Origin: Prorocentrum cordatum
Lineage: Eukaryota
Length of the DNA: 64,000 nucleotides
Direction: 5' to 3'
Assembly (NCBI GenBank): GCA_963575745.1
Contig: CAUYUJ010000225.1
Span: forward strand, 806,001-870,000
Made by a program: the position numbers and the translations under genes. The stretch's first letter is position 1, and each line of letters starts with the position of its first letter. A model generated the notes under the pieces. It searched no databases. It was not told where the DNA came from and saw only the letters and a list, made by a program, of their open reading frames with translations. Shown one piece after another: positions 50,660 to 62,800 of the stretch.

Positions 50660-51830
50660 CTGGCCCAAGGGCGACAGGAACCCATGTCACAGCACGTGGG
50701 CTTGGTCCACGGGCGAAGTGAGCCCGTGTAAGACATATATGTCGAACTCACGGACGAACTAAGCCCATATCAAACACATGCTTCGCGCTCCCGGGCGAAA
50801 CAAACACATTTACAAGCACACGCTGTTGGCTCAAAAGCGAACGAGCTCTATCTAAAACCATGTGGTTTGAGCTCACGGGCGAAACGGACCCATGTCACCA
50901 CACACATAGTTTGGACTCACGGACGAGAGGAAGCCATGTATAAGCACATAGGTTGAGCTCACTGGCGAAAGCAACGCACTGCAAAGACACAACTAGTTTG
51001 GGCTCACGGACAACATTAACCCATGTACAATCACATGGTGTTGGATCAAAGGCAGAAACCACCCATCTAAAAAAACAGGTGGTTTGAGCTCACGGGCGAA
51101 ACGAACCAGTGTCAACACAACACACATGGTTTGGGCTCACGGGCGAAAGACACCAATGTGAACACACATTGTCTGCGCTTACAGACGAAGGACACCCATG
51201 TAAACGCACATGGCTTTGGCCCACGGGCAGAAGGTATCCATGTATCCATGTAAACAAGGCCAATGACTTGAGCTCACGAGCAAGTGAACCAATGTCAAGC
51301 CACATGGTGCTGGCACAAGTGGGCAAGCAACAAACACATTGTTTGAGCTCACAGCCGAGACCAGGTAAAAACACATGGTTTGCGCTCACGGGCGACATAA
51401 ACGGTTCATGTGAAAGTACATGGTGCTGGCCCCAGGGCACAAAGAACCCATGTACAAACGCATGGCTCGAGCTCACAGACGAACCCGTGCAAAGACACAT
51501 GGTTTGAACTCGCGGGCGAAAGACACCATTGTCAACACACTCATGGTTTGGGATCACGGGCGAAAGAAACCTTGGCTCAAGGGCGAAAGACCTGCAAAAC
51601 CATGGTTCTGGCTCCCAGACGAGAGGAACACATGTAAAATCACATGGTTTGGGCTCTCATAGGCGACTGGAACCCGTGTAACACCAAATGGTGTCGGTTC
51701 AAGGGCGAAAGAAACTCATGTAAAACCACATGTTTTGAGCTCGCGGGCGAAGGGATCCCAGGAAAAAGCACATGGCTTCGTCTCACGAGCGAAATAAAAA
51801 CGCATGGTCTGGGCCCATGGGCGACAATCC
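50660..51830. repeat. ~33-36-bp degenerate satellite (acacatggtttgagctcacgggcgaaaggaacccatgt)
   Basis: Periodic cacatggttt / ctcacgggcgaa motifs; a colinear paralog lies at 60900-62270. Confidence 0.9.
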
Positions 51831-52184
51831 GCCGATCTGGTGTGTGAGTTCCCCTGAAGCCTCAAAGCGCTTGATGGAAGTTAGCGACTCAAAATGACAC
51901 TCTTGCTTCCCTGGGGGGGTGGGTGCTAGGGTGGCTCTGTCGGGGTATGGGGGTGGGGTGGGGGAGGCGCCCTGGGCCCTGGGGAGGGGAGGGGGTCGGG
52001 GTTTCCTCGGAACTTCTGCCGACTTGCCCAGGCCCTCCTGGGAGAGGCCCAGGGCCTCGGGAGCCCTGCACAGTCGCTGAGCCAACGGGCGAAGACGCCC
52101 AAGACGGCCTCCAAGTCGGCCGAAAGAGCGCCCAGGACGTTCAGAGAGGACTTCTCGGCCTGCGACTTCTCGGCCTTCACGGCG

Positions 52185-53660
52185 TCCACGAAGGCCCAAA
52201 GGGCCCCCAAGACCGCCCCAAGACGGCCCAAGAGGCCCCCAAGAGGGCCCCAACACGGCCCAAGAGGGCCCCAAGACAGCCCAAGAGGCGCCCAAGACGG
52301 CCCAAGAGAGCTCCAAGACTGCCTCAAGAGGGCCCCAAGAGGGGAGCCAGACCGACGATTCGAGCCTTCCGCCCTCAGAGGCCCCCAGGAGGCCCCAAGA
52401 GGCCCCCCGGAGGCTCGCAAGGGGGCGCAAAACTGCTCCCATAGGCCCCCGAGAGCGCTCCGACGAGACCCGAAGAAGCATTTCTGAGAACCCTGACCCA
52501 CAACCCAGGCACGGTGGCGAGATGGACCGAAAGCCATTCAATCCGCCGCCCCCTGTCGATTCGTCGCAGGGGTGCCTGGCGTGCTAGATCCTTTCGGTGT
52601 TGCTTCTGTTTCCAAAAGAAACTCCCCCTGGGGCTTCGGCCCGTCCGGCCGGGGTCCCGGAAAGAACCGCAATCCGCAATGCTTCACTCAAGATGGCCCA
52701 AGATGGCCTCCAAGATGCCTCCAAGACGGCCACGATGGCCTCCAAGACGACTAAGATGGCCCCCAAATGCCTCCAAGACGGCCCGAAATGCACCCAAGAC
52801 AGCCTAAGATAGCCTCAAGATGGCCCAAGACGGCCCAAGAGCCCGCTAAGGTCTCCAAGACAGCCCAAGAGGTCCTCCAGGAAGGCCCGAAGAGGCCAAA
52901 ATCATTGATTTTCCTTAGGTTCTTGAAGGATTGGGGCATTCTCGCCTTTTCGGCCTTCCGACGGCCCAAGAGGCCCCAACCAAGATCGCCCCAAGATCGC
53001 CCAAGAGGTCTCGAAGATGGCCCCATGACCGCCCAAGAGGCCCCCAAGATGCCCCCAAGACGGTCCAAGAGGCCTCCAAGCCGCCCAAGATGCCTCCAGG
53101 ACGGTTAATATGACCCCAATATAACACGGCCAAAGACGCACCCAAGACGGCCTAAGATGGCCTCCAGATGGCCTACGACGGCCCAAGAGGCCCCCAAGAG
53201 GCCTCCAAGACGGCCCAAGACGCCTCCAAGAGGTCCTCCAGGAGGGCCCGAAGAGGCCAAAATCATTGATTATCCTGAGGTGTTTGAAGGATTTTGGCAT
53301 TTGCTTCTTCTCGGCATTCCGACGGCTCAAGGCGGCGCAAGAGGCCCCCAAGATCGCCCAAGAGGCCCCATGACGGCCCAAAAGTCTCCCAAGACGGCCC
53401 CAAGAGAGCCCCAAAGCGGCCCAAGAGGCCTTCAAGACGCCCAAGATGACCTCTAAGAACCCCTGATCTGCCTCAAGGCCCCAAGACGACCCACACAGGC
53501 CCCCAAGACGGCTTCCGACGGCGTCAGACAAGCCAGGAACGCCCTAAGACGGCCAAAGAGGCCCCAAGAAGCTCCCAAAGGCCCCAAAAACCTTCAAAGA
53601 GACCCCCAGGAAGCTCCCAGGAGGCCCCAAGAGTGCCCCAAAAGGCGCCCAAGAGGCCTC
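52185..53660. repeat. ~11-bp (ccaagacggcc / ccaagaggccc) degenerate repeat
   Basis: Dense ccaaga periodicity; also present at 32440-32640 and 62930-64000. Confidence 0.9.
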
Positions 53661-55150
53661 CTCCTCCTCCTCCTCCTCCTCCTCCTCCTCCGCTTTTTTC
53701 CTCATCCTCCCCCTCCTCCTCTTCTTGCTCCACCATGCGTTCCCCGAAGTCTTTCCAAACCGACTCGGGGAACAACTGGCCCGATAGCTTGGACAAGTTC
53801 TGGCCCAGTTGTCGGCCACAGAGGCGCTTCCAAAGGGGCAGGGGGCGGCGGCGATTCGCCGTAGGCGTCTTCGATACCCTCCTGGTGGAATGGACACGTG
53901 ATAACACTGGCTCCAGCTCGGGGCCACCATGTTAGATACCCCTCTGGGTGGCCTGGACACGTGAAGACACGTGGTTCCAGCTCGGGAACACCTAGTGAGA
54001 TACCCATCTGGGTTGCCTGGGCAAGTGAAGACACGTGGTTCCAGCTCGGGGCCACCACATGTTAGATACCCGAGTGGGAAATCTGGAAAATCACCGGCCG
54101 AACAAACACGGTGTCAAGGTATTACGCACATGGTGTCGATGCATTTTTTTTTCTGGCCCTGGTGCCCCCCCCAATTTGGAGTGCCAAGACGACCACATCT
54201 TAAATACTTTGTTCTTCGTGGTCTGGACATGTAAAAACACGTGGTTCCAGCTGTGGGGCAACCATTTAGATACCCCCATGGTTCCAGCTCGGGACAATCA
54301 TGTTAGATACCCCCTGGGTGGCCTGGACACGCGCCAGACACATGTTGGATCCCCCCGCACATGTATCTTTACGTGCTACCTGGCCGGCGACACATCCCTC
54401 CAGGTGGCCTAGACACGTGGAAACGCATGCCAAATGCGTAGGCGCCAGACGCAGGTTGGACCCCCCCCCGTGCACGCATTTTCACGCGCGGGGAACCCGA
54501 CGACCACAAGTCAGATATGCCCCTGTGGGGCCCGGACACGAGAAAGCACGTGCCGAGCGAACGGGCGCCAGACGCAAGCACCTTTTCCGCGCACAAATTC
54601 TACGTGCGAAGAGTCCTTCACTTCATGATAGATATCCCCCTGGGTGGCCTGCACACGTGAAAGCAAGCGTTTCGCTTGAGACATCTTCAACCGATTCTGC
54701 ATGACAAGCGCTTCGCTCGAGACATCCCCCAACTCTGCAAGACCAGCGCTTCGCCCGAGACATCCTCAACCAAATGTCTTATATAAGAAAACCAGCGCTT
54801 CGCTCGGGACACCCTCAAACGTCGATTCAGCCAGCCGACTTATCGAAACAGAGCTTTCGTCGGCCCTTCCCATGAATGGTGCGGGGGACAATTTACAAAA
54901 TAAAAGAAAACCCTGGGCCTCAGCCATTTCCGGAGCAAGTAACTCCTCTAACTTTTCCAGCTCCTACTCCTGCTCCTCTTCCTCCTCTTCCTCCTCCTCA
55001 AACCTCGATTCAGCCAGCTGGTTTCTCGGAGCAAAGATTCCGGCGGCCCTTCCCCGGAATGGTGCGGGGGACGGTTCACAAACCAAGAAGGAAACCCTGG
55101 GCCTCGGCCCTGGAGCAAATAACTCCTCGAACTCTTCCAGCCCCTCCTCC

Positions 55151-55203
<53 letters not shown>

Positions 55204-56114
55204 CTCCTCTTCCTCTTCTTCCTCTTCCTCCTCCTCCTCCTCCTAGTAATGCTGCCGAGGCAGTCCTCGTGAGGACCTCTCTATGTCCGTCTGCACGACT
55301 GCGCACGACACAAGTTGACCTCCGACCGAAGTGGGCTTATGGAGCTCTTGACCCATTCCCCGAGGCTCATGCGCTTCCCGCTCATGCCAATGAATACTTA
55401 CCAGGAAGGTATTGCATGCAGAGGGCGAAGCTAGCCAGCCAGACCAGCAGCGCCCCGAAGCGCTTTGGCGCTCGGACTACGCTTGGCCCCCAGTCTAAAT
55501 CCCCCGACTGGGCATCCTTTACGTGATGGCGGTAGCACGGGGAAGGGAGGAAATGGGAAGCGGTGGGCGAGGCTGGCCAGTCGGAATGACACTGACCCAT
55601 GGGGCCGTGGCCATTGCACACGCCCGAACCACGCTCTTACCAAGCATAGTCCCGACCATCCGCCACCGCGCTTGCAGCGGTTGGTGAGTATCGGGCCACT
55701 ATGTTTAGGGGGAGCTTCGTTTCCTGAAAAGCAATTCGGTCCTCCACGACGCATCCAGCCCAGGATGCGTCTATGTATTAAAATACGTCTCTGCGTTTTT
55801 CGTGTTCCAAATAGCAGCCCGACCAAAAACAACATGATCCACCAACGAACCTGGGAAGGAACGTAGACACGTGAAACATGGCAATGTGTTCAAGACACCT
55901 GATCTTGGCGACAGGCACTTGCAATGCCGAAAAAATCGATCGTGATGTACCGTGCCAGGGGCAGTGCTTTTTACCTAACAGCGAACACTGGTAGGTTTCT
56001 AGTGGGGTCAAAAGAGAGCATCTCGACTCCCCAGGCGGGTCCGGGCAGGATGCGGGGAGCAGCCGATCGGGCGGAAGCCGACGAGGGCCGGGCTCGTTTT
56101 AAGCAAACAGTTAC

Positions 56115-56532
56115 ACACTTCGTGGTCTTCGAGTCCCCAGAACTCCATTCCCGGGCCACATTTTGAATGCCCGGGGCCAACTGTATGCCACTTCGTGCCC
56201 TTCGAGTCCCCAGAACTCCATTCCCGGGCCACATTTTGAATGCCCGGAGCCAACTGTAGGCCATTTCGTAATTTCTCGAGTTCCCAGAACTCTCAGTCCC
56301 GGGCCACATTTTGAATGCCCGGAGACAACTGTAGGCCACTTCGCGCTCTTCGAGTTCCCAGAACTCCATTCCCGGGCCACATTTTGAATGCCCAGAGCCA
56401 ACTGTAAGCCACTTCGTGCTCTTCGAGTTTCCAGAACATCACTCCCGGGCCACATTTTGAATGCTTGGAGCCAACTGTAAGCCACTTCGTGCTCTTCGAG
56501 TTCCCACAATTCCACGGGCCACATTCTGAATG
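56115..56532. repeat. ~59-bp tandem repeat (cttcgagttcccagaactccattcccgggccacattttgaatgcccggagccaactgtaggccacttcgtg-like)
   Basis: About 6-7 copies. Confidence 0.9.
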
Positions 56533-56980
56533 CTGATGCTGAGGCTGAGAATGATGAGGCTGAGGCTGAGGATGAGGCGGGCTGAGGCTGAGGCAGGCTG
56601 AGGCTGAGGCAGGCTGAGGCAGAGGCTGAAGCTGAAACTGAGGCTGAGGCAGGCTGAGGCTGAGGCAGGCTGAGGCTGAGGCCGAGGCTGAAGGCAGACT
56701 GAGGCTGAGGCTGAAGCAGGCTGAGGCTGAAGCTGGGGCAGACTGACGCTGAGGCTGAGGCAGGCTGATGCTGAGGAAGGCTGAGGCTGAGGCTGAGGCA
56801 GGCTGAGGCCGAGGCAGGCTGAGGCTGAGGCTGAGGCTGAGGCTGAGGCTGAGGCTGAGGCTGAGGCAGGCTGAGGCAGACGCTGCGGCAGGCTGATGCT
56901 GAGGCAGGCTGAGGCTGAGGCTGAGGCTGATGCAGGCTGAGGCTGAAGCAGGCTGAGGCTGAGGCCGAGGCCGAAGGCAA
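56533..56980. repeat. (GAGGCT)n hexamer microsatellite
   Basis: Directly visible, with gcag interruptions. Confidence 0.95.
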
Positions 56981-57169
56981 ACTGAACACATATACGTATA
57001 CATGTACATGCACGTACACATACACATATACGTGACTGGTCGCCTGTGCCTTGTGCCTGTGACTGGCTCCCTGTGCGGCTCCCTGTACGGCCCCCTCTAC
57101 GGCTCCCTGTACAACCAGTCACAGACACAGGCAACTGCTGCTGCTACTGGTGCTGCTGCTACTATCCTC

Positions 57170-57201
<32 letters not shown>

Positions 57202-57209
57202 CATCATCC

Positions 57210-57230
57210 CCGTAGCCTTCTTTGCTAGAG
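57210..57230 (+). other. Relict dinoflagellate spliced-leader (DinoSL) sequence
   Basis: ccgtagccttctttgctagag versus the DinoSL CCGTAGCCATTTTGGCTCAAG: 16/21 identical and ungapped, ending 56 nt upstream of the ATG at 57287. Confidence 0.75.
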
Positions 57231-57286
57231 CCCTGCTTTCGAAGATTCCCTTTCCAGGAACTGCGCAGCGCCTACTACGCACCTCA

Positions 57287-59089
57287 ATGCCAGGACATGC
57301 TGGTCGTTCTCAGTCTAGCGGCGGTGCTCCTCAGCCTGCTGCATTGAACAGCGGTGCTCCTCAGCCTGCTGCATTGAACAGCGGTGCTCCTCAGCCTGCT
57401 GCATTGAACAGCGGTGCTCCTCAGCGTGCTGCATTGAGCGGTCCTCTGCAAACGCTCGTCGAGGACGCGAAGCAATTCGGCCGGATACCGAAGCGAAAAA
57501 AAGGAACGTCCGAACAAGAACGGGCCGAAAACAAACTGGCCAAACGTTTCTCGGACCATTGCGACAGCATCCCCAAAGACGTTTTGCAGGAATTGCGGGC
57601 CCTTGACGGTGCTTTGTCCTCAGAGTCGCGCGCCGTACAAGAGGTCGTGAATGCGATTCGGGAGCTCGGCCGGGCACCAAAGCAAAACAATGGAGCATCC
57701 GAAGAAGAGCGGGCCGAAAACAACTTGGCTAAACGTTTCTCGGTCCACCGGGACAGCATCCCCAAAGACGTGCTGCATGAATTGCGGGCCCTTGGCGGTG
57801 CTTCTCAGCCTGCTGACGACGAGCAGCTCGTCGCGGAGGCCAGCGGCCCTGAGTTTTTGCTTCCAGAAGTAGACCCCGCAGCACTGCGCGCAAAAAGCGC
57901 TGCTCTTATACAAGCAGGTAAAGAGCTCGGCTATCATCCCAAGGTTAGCAGAGACATCGTGCGCTGGTCCAAGTTGTGGGACGACATCGGGCAGCAGGAG
58001 CCTACGGTGGAAAAGCTATTGAAAGATGCGTTGTACCTCGGACGCCTCCCGCATCACATAAAAAAGCCGACTATCGAGCCTCAGCGTCGCGAGCACCGGC
58101 TGGCACACAGAATCGCTGCTCACAAGAAACAGATATCGGATGCCCTCTGGGAGCTCATAGAAATTCACTGTGCAAATGTAGTCACCGTCAATGGCGTGGA
58201 CGAGGATGAACTTTGCTTTGCTTGTGACAGAATTATGAAAGACAGTCCGAGCACAGTGCGCAGCTTGAGTTTCAATCATGATTCGGAAGACGGTAAGATT
58301 CATGCTCCCACAACTACGAAGTTGGCGCTGCTAGCCAAAATTTGCCCTAATCTGATTGAGTTCAGAATGGAAAGCGCTGTCTTCGATGGAAGGAGCCTAC
58401 ATTATGCTGTCAAAGCAATGGCACGAGCTTGCCCTCAATTGTTGCGACTAGACTTTGGGGGCAACGACATCCATGATGGCGCACTGCAAGTTGTGAGTCA
58501 AGCCTGTCCTCTCCTGGAGAGCCTCGACGTCCAAGATAGTGGCATTGGTGATGTTGCCATGCAAGCGGTGGCGCAAAGGTGCGCCCGAATAGAAAAGTTG
58601 AGTGTGGACGAATGTGCAAATCTGACAGATGCGGCTTTCCTCGCAGTTGCGCAGGGTTGTCCACGCTTGCGTTCATTGATCATCTGGAGTTCCTCGCCAT
58701 GCACAGACCGTCTGCCGAGGCCAAAAGTTACCGACACCGCCATCTGTGCCCTTGCGCAGCAGTGCCCGCACATTGAAATCCTTGAGCTGTGTGGGCTGGA
58801 GTCTCTGACCGACGCAGCCATACAAGCAGTGGCTATCGGTTGCCCATCGCTGAAAGAGCTAGATGCAAGCTTGCGCTGTCAGCTGACTGATGCAGCGGCA
58901 CAATCCCTTGTGCATCACAGCTCTAGTTTATCGATCTTGAAGTTGCGAAATTGCGCGAAGATCACCACTTCTGGTGTCAGCGCTTCGGCGCAAATCACCA
59001 CTCCGCTGAAATACTTGGATGTCCGGCCCATTCAGTTATCGAGGGAGATCCTTTGTGAATGTGTAGTGTGTGGGCGAGACGCCGTGTGA
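57287..59089 (+). CDS. Intronless ~600-aa protein: SGAPQPAALN repeats, repeated GRxP...ExxLAxR modules and C-terminal cysteine-containing LRRs (FBXL/AMN1-like); probable retrogene
   Basis: Uninterrupted ORF with LRR units CPNLIEF, CPQLLRLDF, CPLLESLDV, CPRLRSL, CPHIEILELCG..LTD, CPSLKELD. The start at 57287 is preferred over 57002 because the upstream sequence is microsatellite plus the SL relic. Confidence 0.85.
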   Translation: MPGHAGRSQSSGGAPQPAALNSGAPQPAALNSGAPQPAALNSGAPQRAALSGPLQTLVEDAKQFGRIPKRKKGTSEQERAENKLAKRFSDHCDSIPKDVLQELRALDGALSSESRAVQEVVNAIRELGRAPKQNNGASEEERAENNLAKRFSVHRDSIPKDVLHELRALGGASQPADDEQLVAEASGPEFLLPEVDPAALRAKSAALIQAGKELGYHPKVSRDIVRWSKLWDDIGQQEPTVEKLLKDALYLGRLPHHIKKPTIEPQRREHRLAHRIAAHKKQISDALWELIEIHCANVVTVNGVDEDELCFACDRIMKDSPSTVRSLSFNHDSEDGKIHAPTTTKLALLAKICPNLIEFRMESAVFDGRSLHYAVKAMARACPQLLRLDFGGNDIHDGALQVVSQACPLLESLDVQDSGIGDVAMQAVAQRCARIEKLSVDECANLTDAAFLAVAQGCPRLRSLIIWSSSPCTDRLPRPKVTDTAICALAQQCPHIEILELCGLESLTDAAIQAVAIGCPSLKELDASLRCQLTDAAAQSLVHHSSSLSILKLRNCAKITTSGVSASAQITTPLKYLDVRPIQLSREILCECVVCGRDAV

Positions 59090-59384
59090 GGGACCTCCGT
59101 ACCAGCGTTGCTCCTCAGCATGCTGAGGTCTTAGTGCAGCAGGTTGCACGTTCATGCAGTGCACAGGCTTTCCCTCTTCGAGTTGCAGGGCAGGGAGATG
59201 TGGTTGCATCTTGGCAGGGAGCACGGCGGTGCTTTTCAGTCACCTGCAATCTTTACTGTTTCGTCACTGTGACAGCGCTGCTGCTCAGCATGCTGTGAGC
59301 GGTGCTCATCAACATGCTGTGGAATGTAGCCTCCGTGATGTAGAAAAATGTTATTGCAGGTCCTTGTGCGCATGCGTTTCATTA

Positions 59385-59862
59385 ATAGCAGTGTCTCGTT
59401 TGGAAATACAGTTCTCGAAAGCAGTGAGTCGTTCGAAACTAAATCCATGGATCGCAGTGTCTCGTTCGGAGATAAACCCAGTGATCGCAGTGTCTCATCT
59501 GGGGCTAAATCCATTAGTAGCAGTGTCTCCTTTGGGGCTAAGCCCATTGATGGCAGTGTCTCTTTGGAATTAAATCCATTGATAACAGTGTATCATTTGG
59601 AGATACAGTTCTCGAAAGCAGTGAGTCGTTCGAAACTAAGTCCATTGATAGCAGTGTCTCGTTCAGAGATAAATCCAGTGATCGCAGTGTCTCATTTGGG
59701 GCTAAATCCATTGATAGCAGTGTCTCGTTTGGGGCTGAATCCATGGATGGCAGTGTCTCGTTTGAACGTAAATCCATTGATAGCAGTGTCTCGTTTGGAG
59801 ATACAGTTATCGAAAGCAGTGCGTCGTTCGAACCTAAATCCATTCATAGCGGTGTCTCGTTC
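59385..59862. repeat. 33-bp tandem repeat (gcagtgtctcgtttggggctaaatccattgata)
   Basis: About 14-15 copies with fixed 33-bp period and recurring variants. Confidence 0.92.
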
Positions 59863-62800
59863 GTTCTACAACAGGAACCCTACATGAATATTAAGTTAAA
59901 TGCGTCCATATATGCTCTTTCACATCGCTATTCGGTTGCGTTGCCGGGATATTTTTCTTTTTGGGGGGGGGGGGGGGCGGGCGAATGCTAGGATGGGCCA
60001 CGAATCCTGCAACACTGAAGCTTGAATGCCAGAGGCCTGAGGCGCACGGTACCCGCGACGTCAAGGCCCGAAGCTGTGAGCCAACTTAAAAATAGCTCGG
60101 AGCGGTCTTGCAATGAAGCTCGGGGGATCCAGCTGGCCCAGTACTGTGAGGAATATGACGACAAAAGACGAAAACACAAGGACAACGATATCGACCCACG
60201 CACCTGGAAAGGGAAGTGGAAATGCAAGGCATGGACACGCTTCAAAACACCTCAAGTGGGCGATGGGCAGTGGCAAAGCCGAGTACATCGATGATGATGA
60301 TCATACTGTGCCAAAGGCTGCGTTGTGCTGCGCTGTGCCGCGCCGCACGGTGCCGTGCCAAGAGACGCGTCATGGGACGTGCCAGGGGACGCGCCGCAAG
60401 ACATGCCAGGGCCAGGGGGGCGCGCCGTGAAAAGTCCCAAAGGACTCGCTAAGGGACGTGCCAAAAGACGCATCTCGGGACGTGCCAAGGGGACGCGTCA
60501 CGGAACGTGCCTCAGTAGACGTGCCAAGGGGCGCGAAGCGTTACGTCTCAAGGGGACGCGCCACGGGACGCGCCACGGGACGTGTCAGGGAACGTGCCAG
60601 GTGACGCGCCAAGGGACGTGACAAGGGACGCGTCAGAGAACGTGCTACGTTACGTGGCGTGAGACGCGCAAGGAACACATGGAAATACACAGGGGGTTGG
60701 GCTCCTGGTGCCTCCCAGTGCCTCCTGGGACATCCTGGGGCCTCCTGGGGCTTCGTGGGGCCTCCCAGGGCCTCCTGGTGCCTACTGGAACCTCCAGTGG
60801 CCTCCTGAAGCCGCATGGGGCCTCCTGGGGCCAATTGTGGCCTGCTGGGGCCTCCTAGAGCTTCCTGGTGGGTTGGGCTCGCTGGCAAACGGACCCCTTT
60901 AAAAGACATGGATTGGGCTCACGAGCGAAAGGAACCCATGTGAAAACACTTGGTTTAGACTCGCGCGCGGAACACAGATGTGCGAATCCGCATGGTATGA
61001 GCTCACATGCGAAACTAACCCATGAACAAACATGCCGTTTGATCTCACGGGCGAAAAGGACCCACGAGCAACACACATACGTCCCTGGCCCAAGGGCGAC
61101 AGGAGCCCATGTCACAGCACGTGGGCTTGGCCCACGGGCGAAATGAGCACATATAAAACATAGATGCTGAGCTCACGGGCAAACGTGGCCCATATCAAGC
61201 ACATGTGTCGCGCTCACGGGCGCACCTAACATGTTTTCGAACGCGCGCTGCTGGCTCAAAGGCGAACGAGCTCCATCTAAAGTCATATGGGTTGAGCTCA
61301 CGGGCGAAACTAACCCATGTCACCACACACACATGGTTTGGACTCATGAACGAAAGGAAGCCACGTTCAAACACACAGGTTGAGCTCACAGGGCGAAAGG
61401 AACACACTGCCAAAACACACATGGTTTGGACTCGCGGACAACATTAACTAGTGTACATTCGCATGGTGTTGGTTCAAAGGCAGAAGACACCCATACAGAA
61501 AAAAAAACAGCTGGTTTGAGCTCACGGGCGAAACGAACCAATGACAACACACACACACACATGGTTTGGGCTCACGGGCGAAAGAAACCAACATGAAAAC
61601 ACGTTGTCTGCGCTCACAAACGAAAGACATTCATGTAAACACACATCTTGTTGGCCCACGTGCAAAAGGTACCCATGTATCCATGTAAACAAGGCCAATG
61701 ACTTGAGCTCACGAGCAAAGGAACCAATGTCAAACCACATGGTGCTGGCACAAGGGCGCAAGGAACAAACACATGGTTTAAGCTCACAGCCGAGACCATG
61801 TAAAAACACATGGTTTGCGCTCACGGGCGACATGAACGGTTCATGTGAAAGCACATGGTGCTGGCTCAAGGGCACCAAGAACCCATGTACAAACACATGG
61901 TTTGAGCTCGCAGACGAACCCGTACACAAACGCATGGTTTGAACTCGCGGGCGAAAGACACCAATGTCAGAACACACATGGTTTGGGATCACGGGCGAAA
62001 GAAGCCCATATGAAAACACATGGTTTTGGTTCAAGGGCGAAAGACATACAAAACCATGGTTCTGGCTCCCAGACGAGAAGAAACCATGTAAAATCACATG
62101 GTTTGGGCTCAAGGGCGACAGGAATCCGTGTAACATCAAATGGTGTCGCTTCAAGGGCGAACGGAACTCATGTAAACCACATGTTTTGAGCTCGCGGGCG
62201 AAGGGATCCCAGGAAAAAACACATGGCTTCGTCTCACGAGCGAAATAAAAACGCATGGTGTGGGCCCATGGGCGACAATCCGCCGATCTGGTGTGTGAGT
62301 TCCCCGGAAGCCTCAAAGAGCTTGATGGAAGTTAGCGACTCAAAATGAAAAACTCTTGCTTCACTCGGGAGGTGGGTGCCAGGGTGGCTCTGTCGGGGAA
62401 TGGGGGTGGGGTGGGGTAGGCGCCCTGGGCCCTGGGGAGGGGAGGGGGTCGGGGTTTCCTCGGAACTCCTGGGCCCTGGGAAAGGTGGAGGGAGCCTTTT
62501 GAGGGCTTCGTGGGCAGTCTTGAAGCCCGCGTGGTTTGTTTTGACCCGCTCTTGGGACGGTTTGGGGCATTTCTTGGGCCGTCTTGGAGCGTGGAAGCGC
62601 GAGAAAACGAGGACGCCGAAATCCTTTCAAAATTGAGGGGAGATGGGCGATTTTAAATTCTGTGGGCTCCAACCCGGAGGCCTCGTGGACGTGTGGAGGT
62701 TCTGCCGACTTGCCCAGGCCCTCCTGGCAGAGGCCCAGGGCCTCTGGAGCCCTGCACAATCGCTGAACGATCGGGCGAAGACGCCCAAGATGGCCTCCAC

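Larger units (their letters stand above)
55973..59956. mobile_element. ~4-kb insertion carrying the LRR gene, located in a T-tract of the macro-repeat
   Basis: The paralogous copy at 34501-34550 reads gtgctttttt|ggggggggcgggc without it. The filled site has cttttt on both sides. The left end has a hairpin (55973-55996) followed by CTAG (55999-56002). Confidence 0.65.

Noticed and set aside
57002..57286. N-terminal extension of the 695-aa ORF
   Set aside because: It runs through simple repeats and the SL relic, so it is more likely upstream/UTR sequence.
59385..59862. 33-bp repeats resembling a CRISPR array
   Set aside because: There are no unique spacers, units are contiguous and variants recur, no cas genes are present, and the context is eukaryotic.
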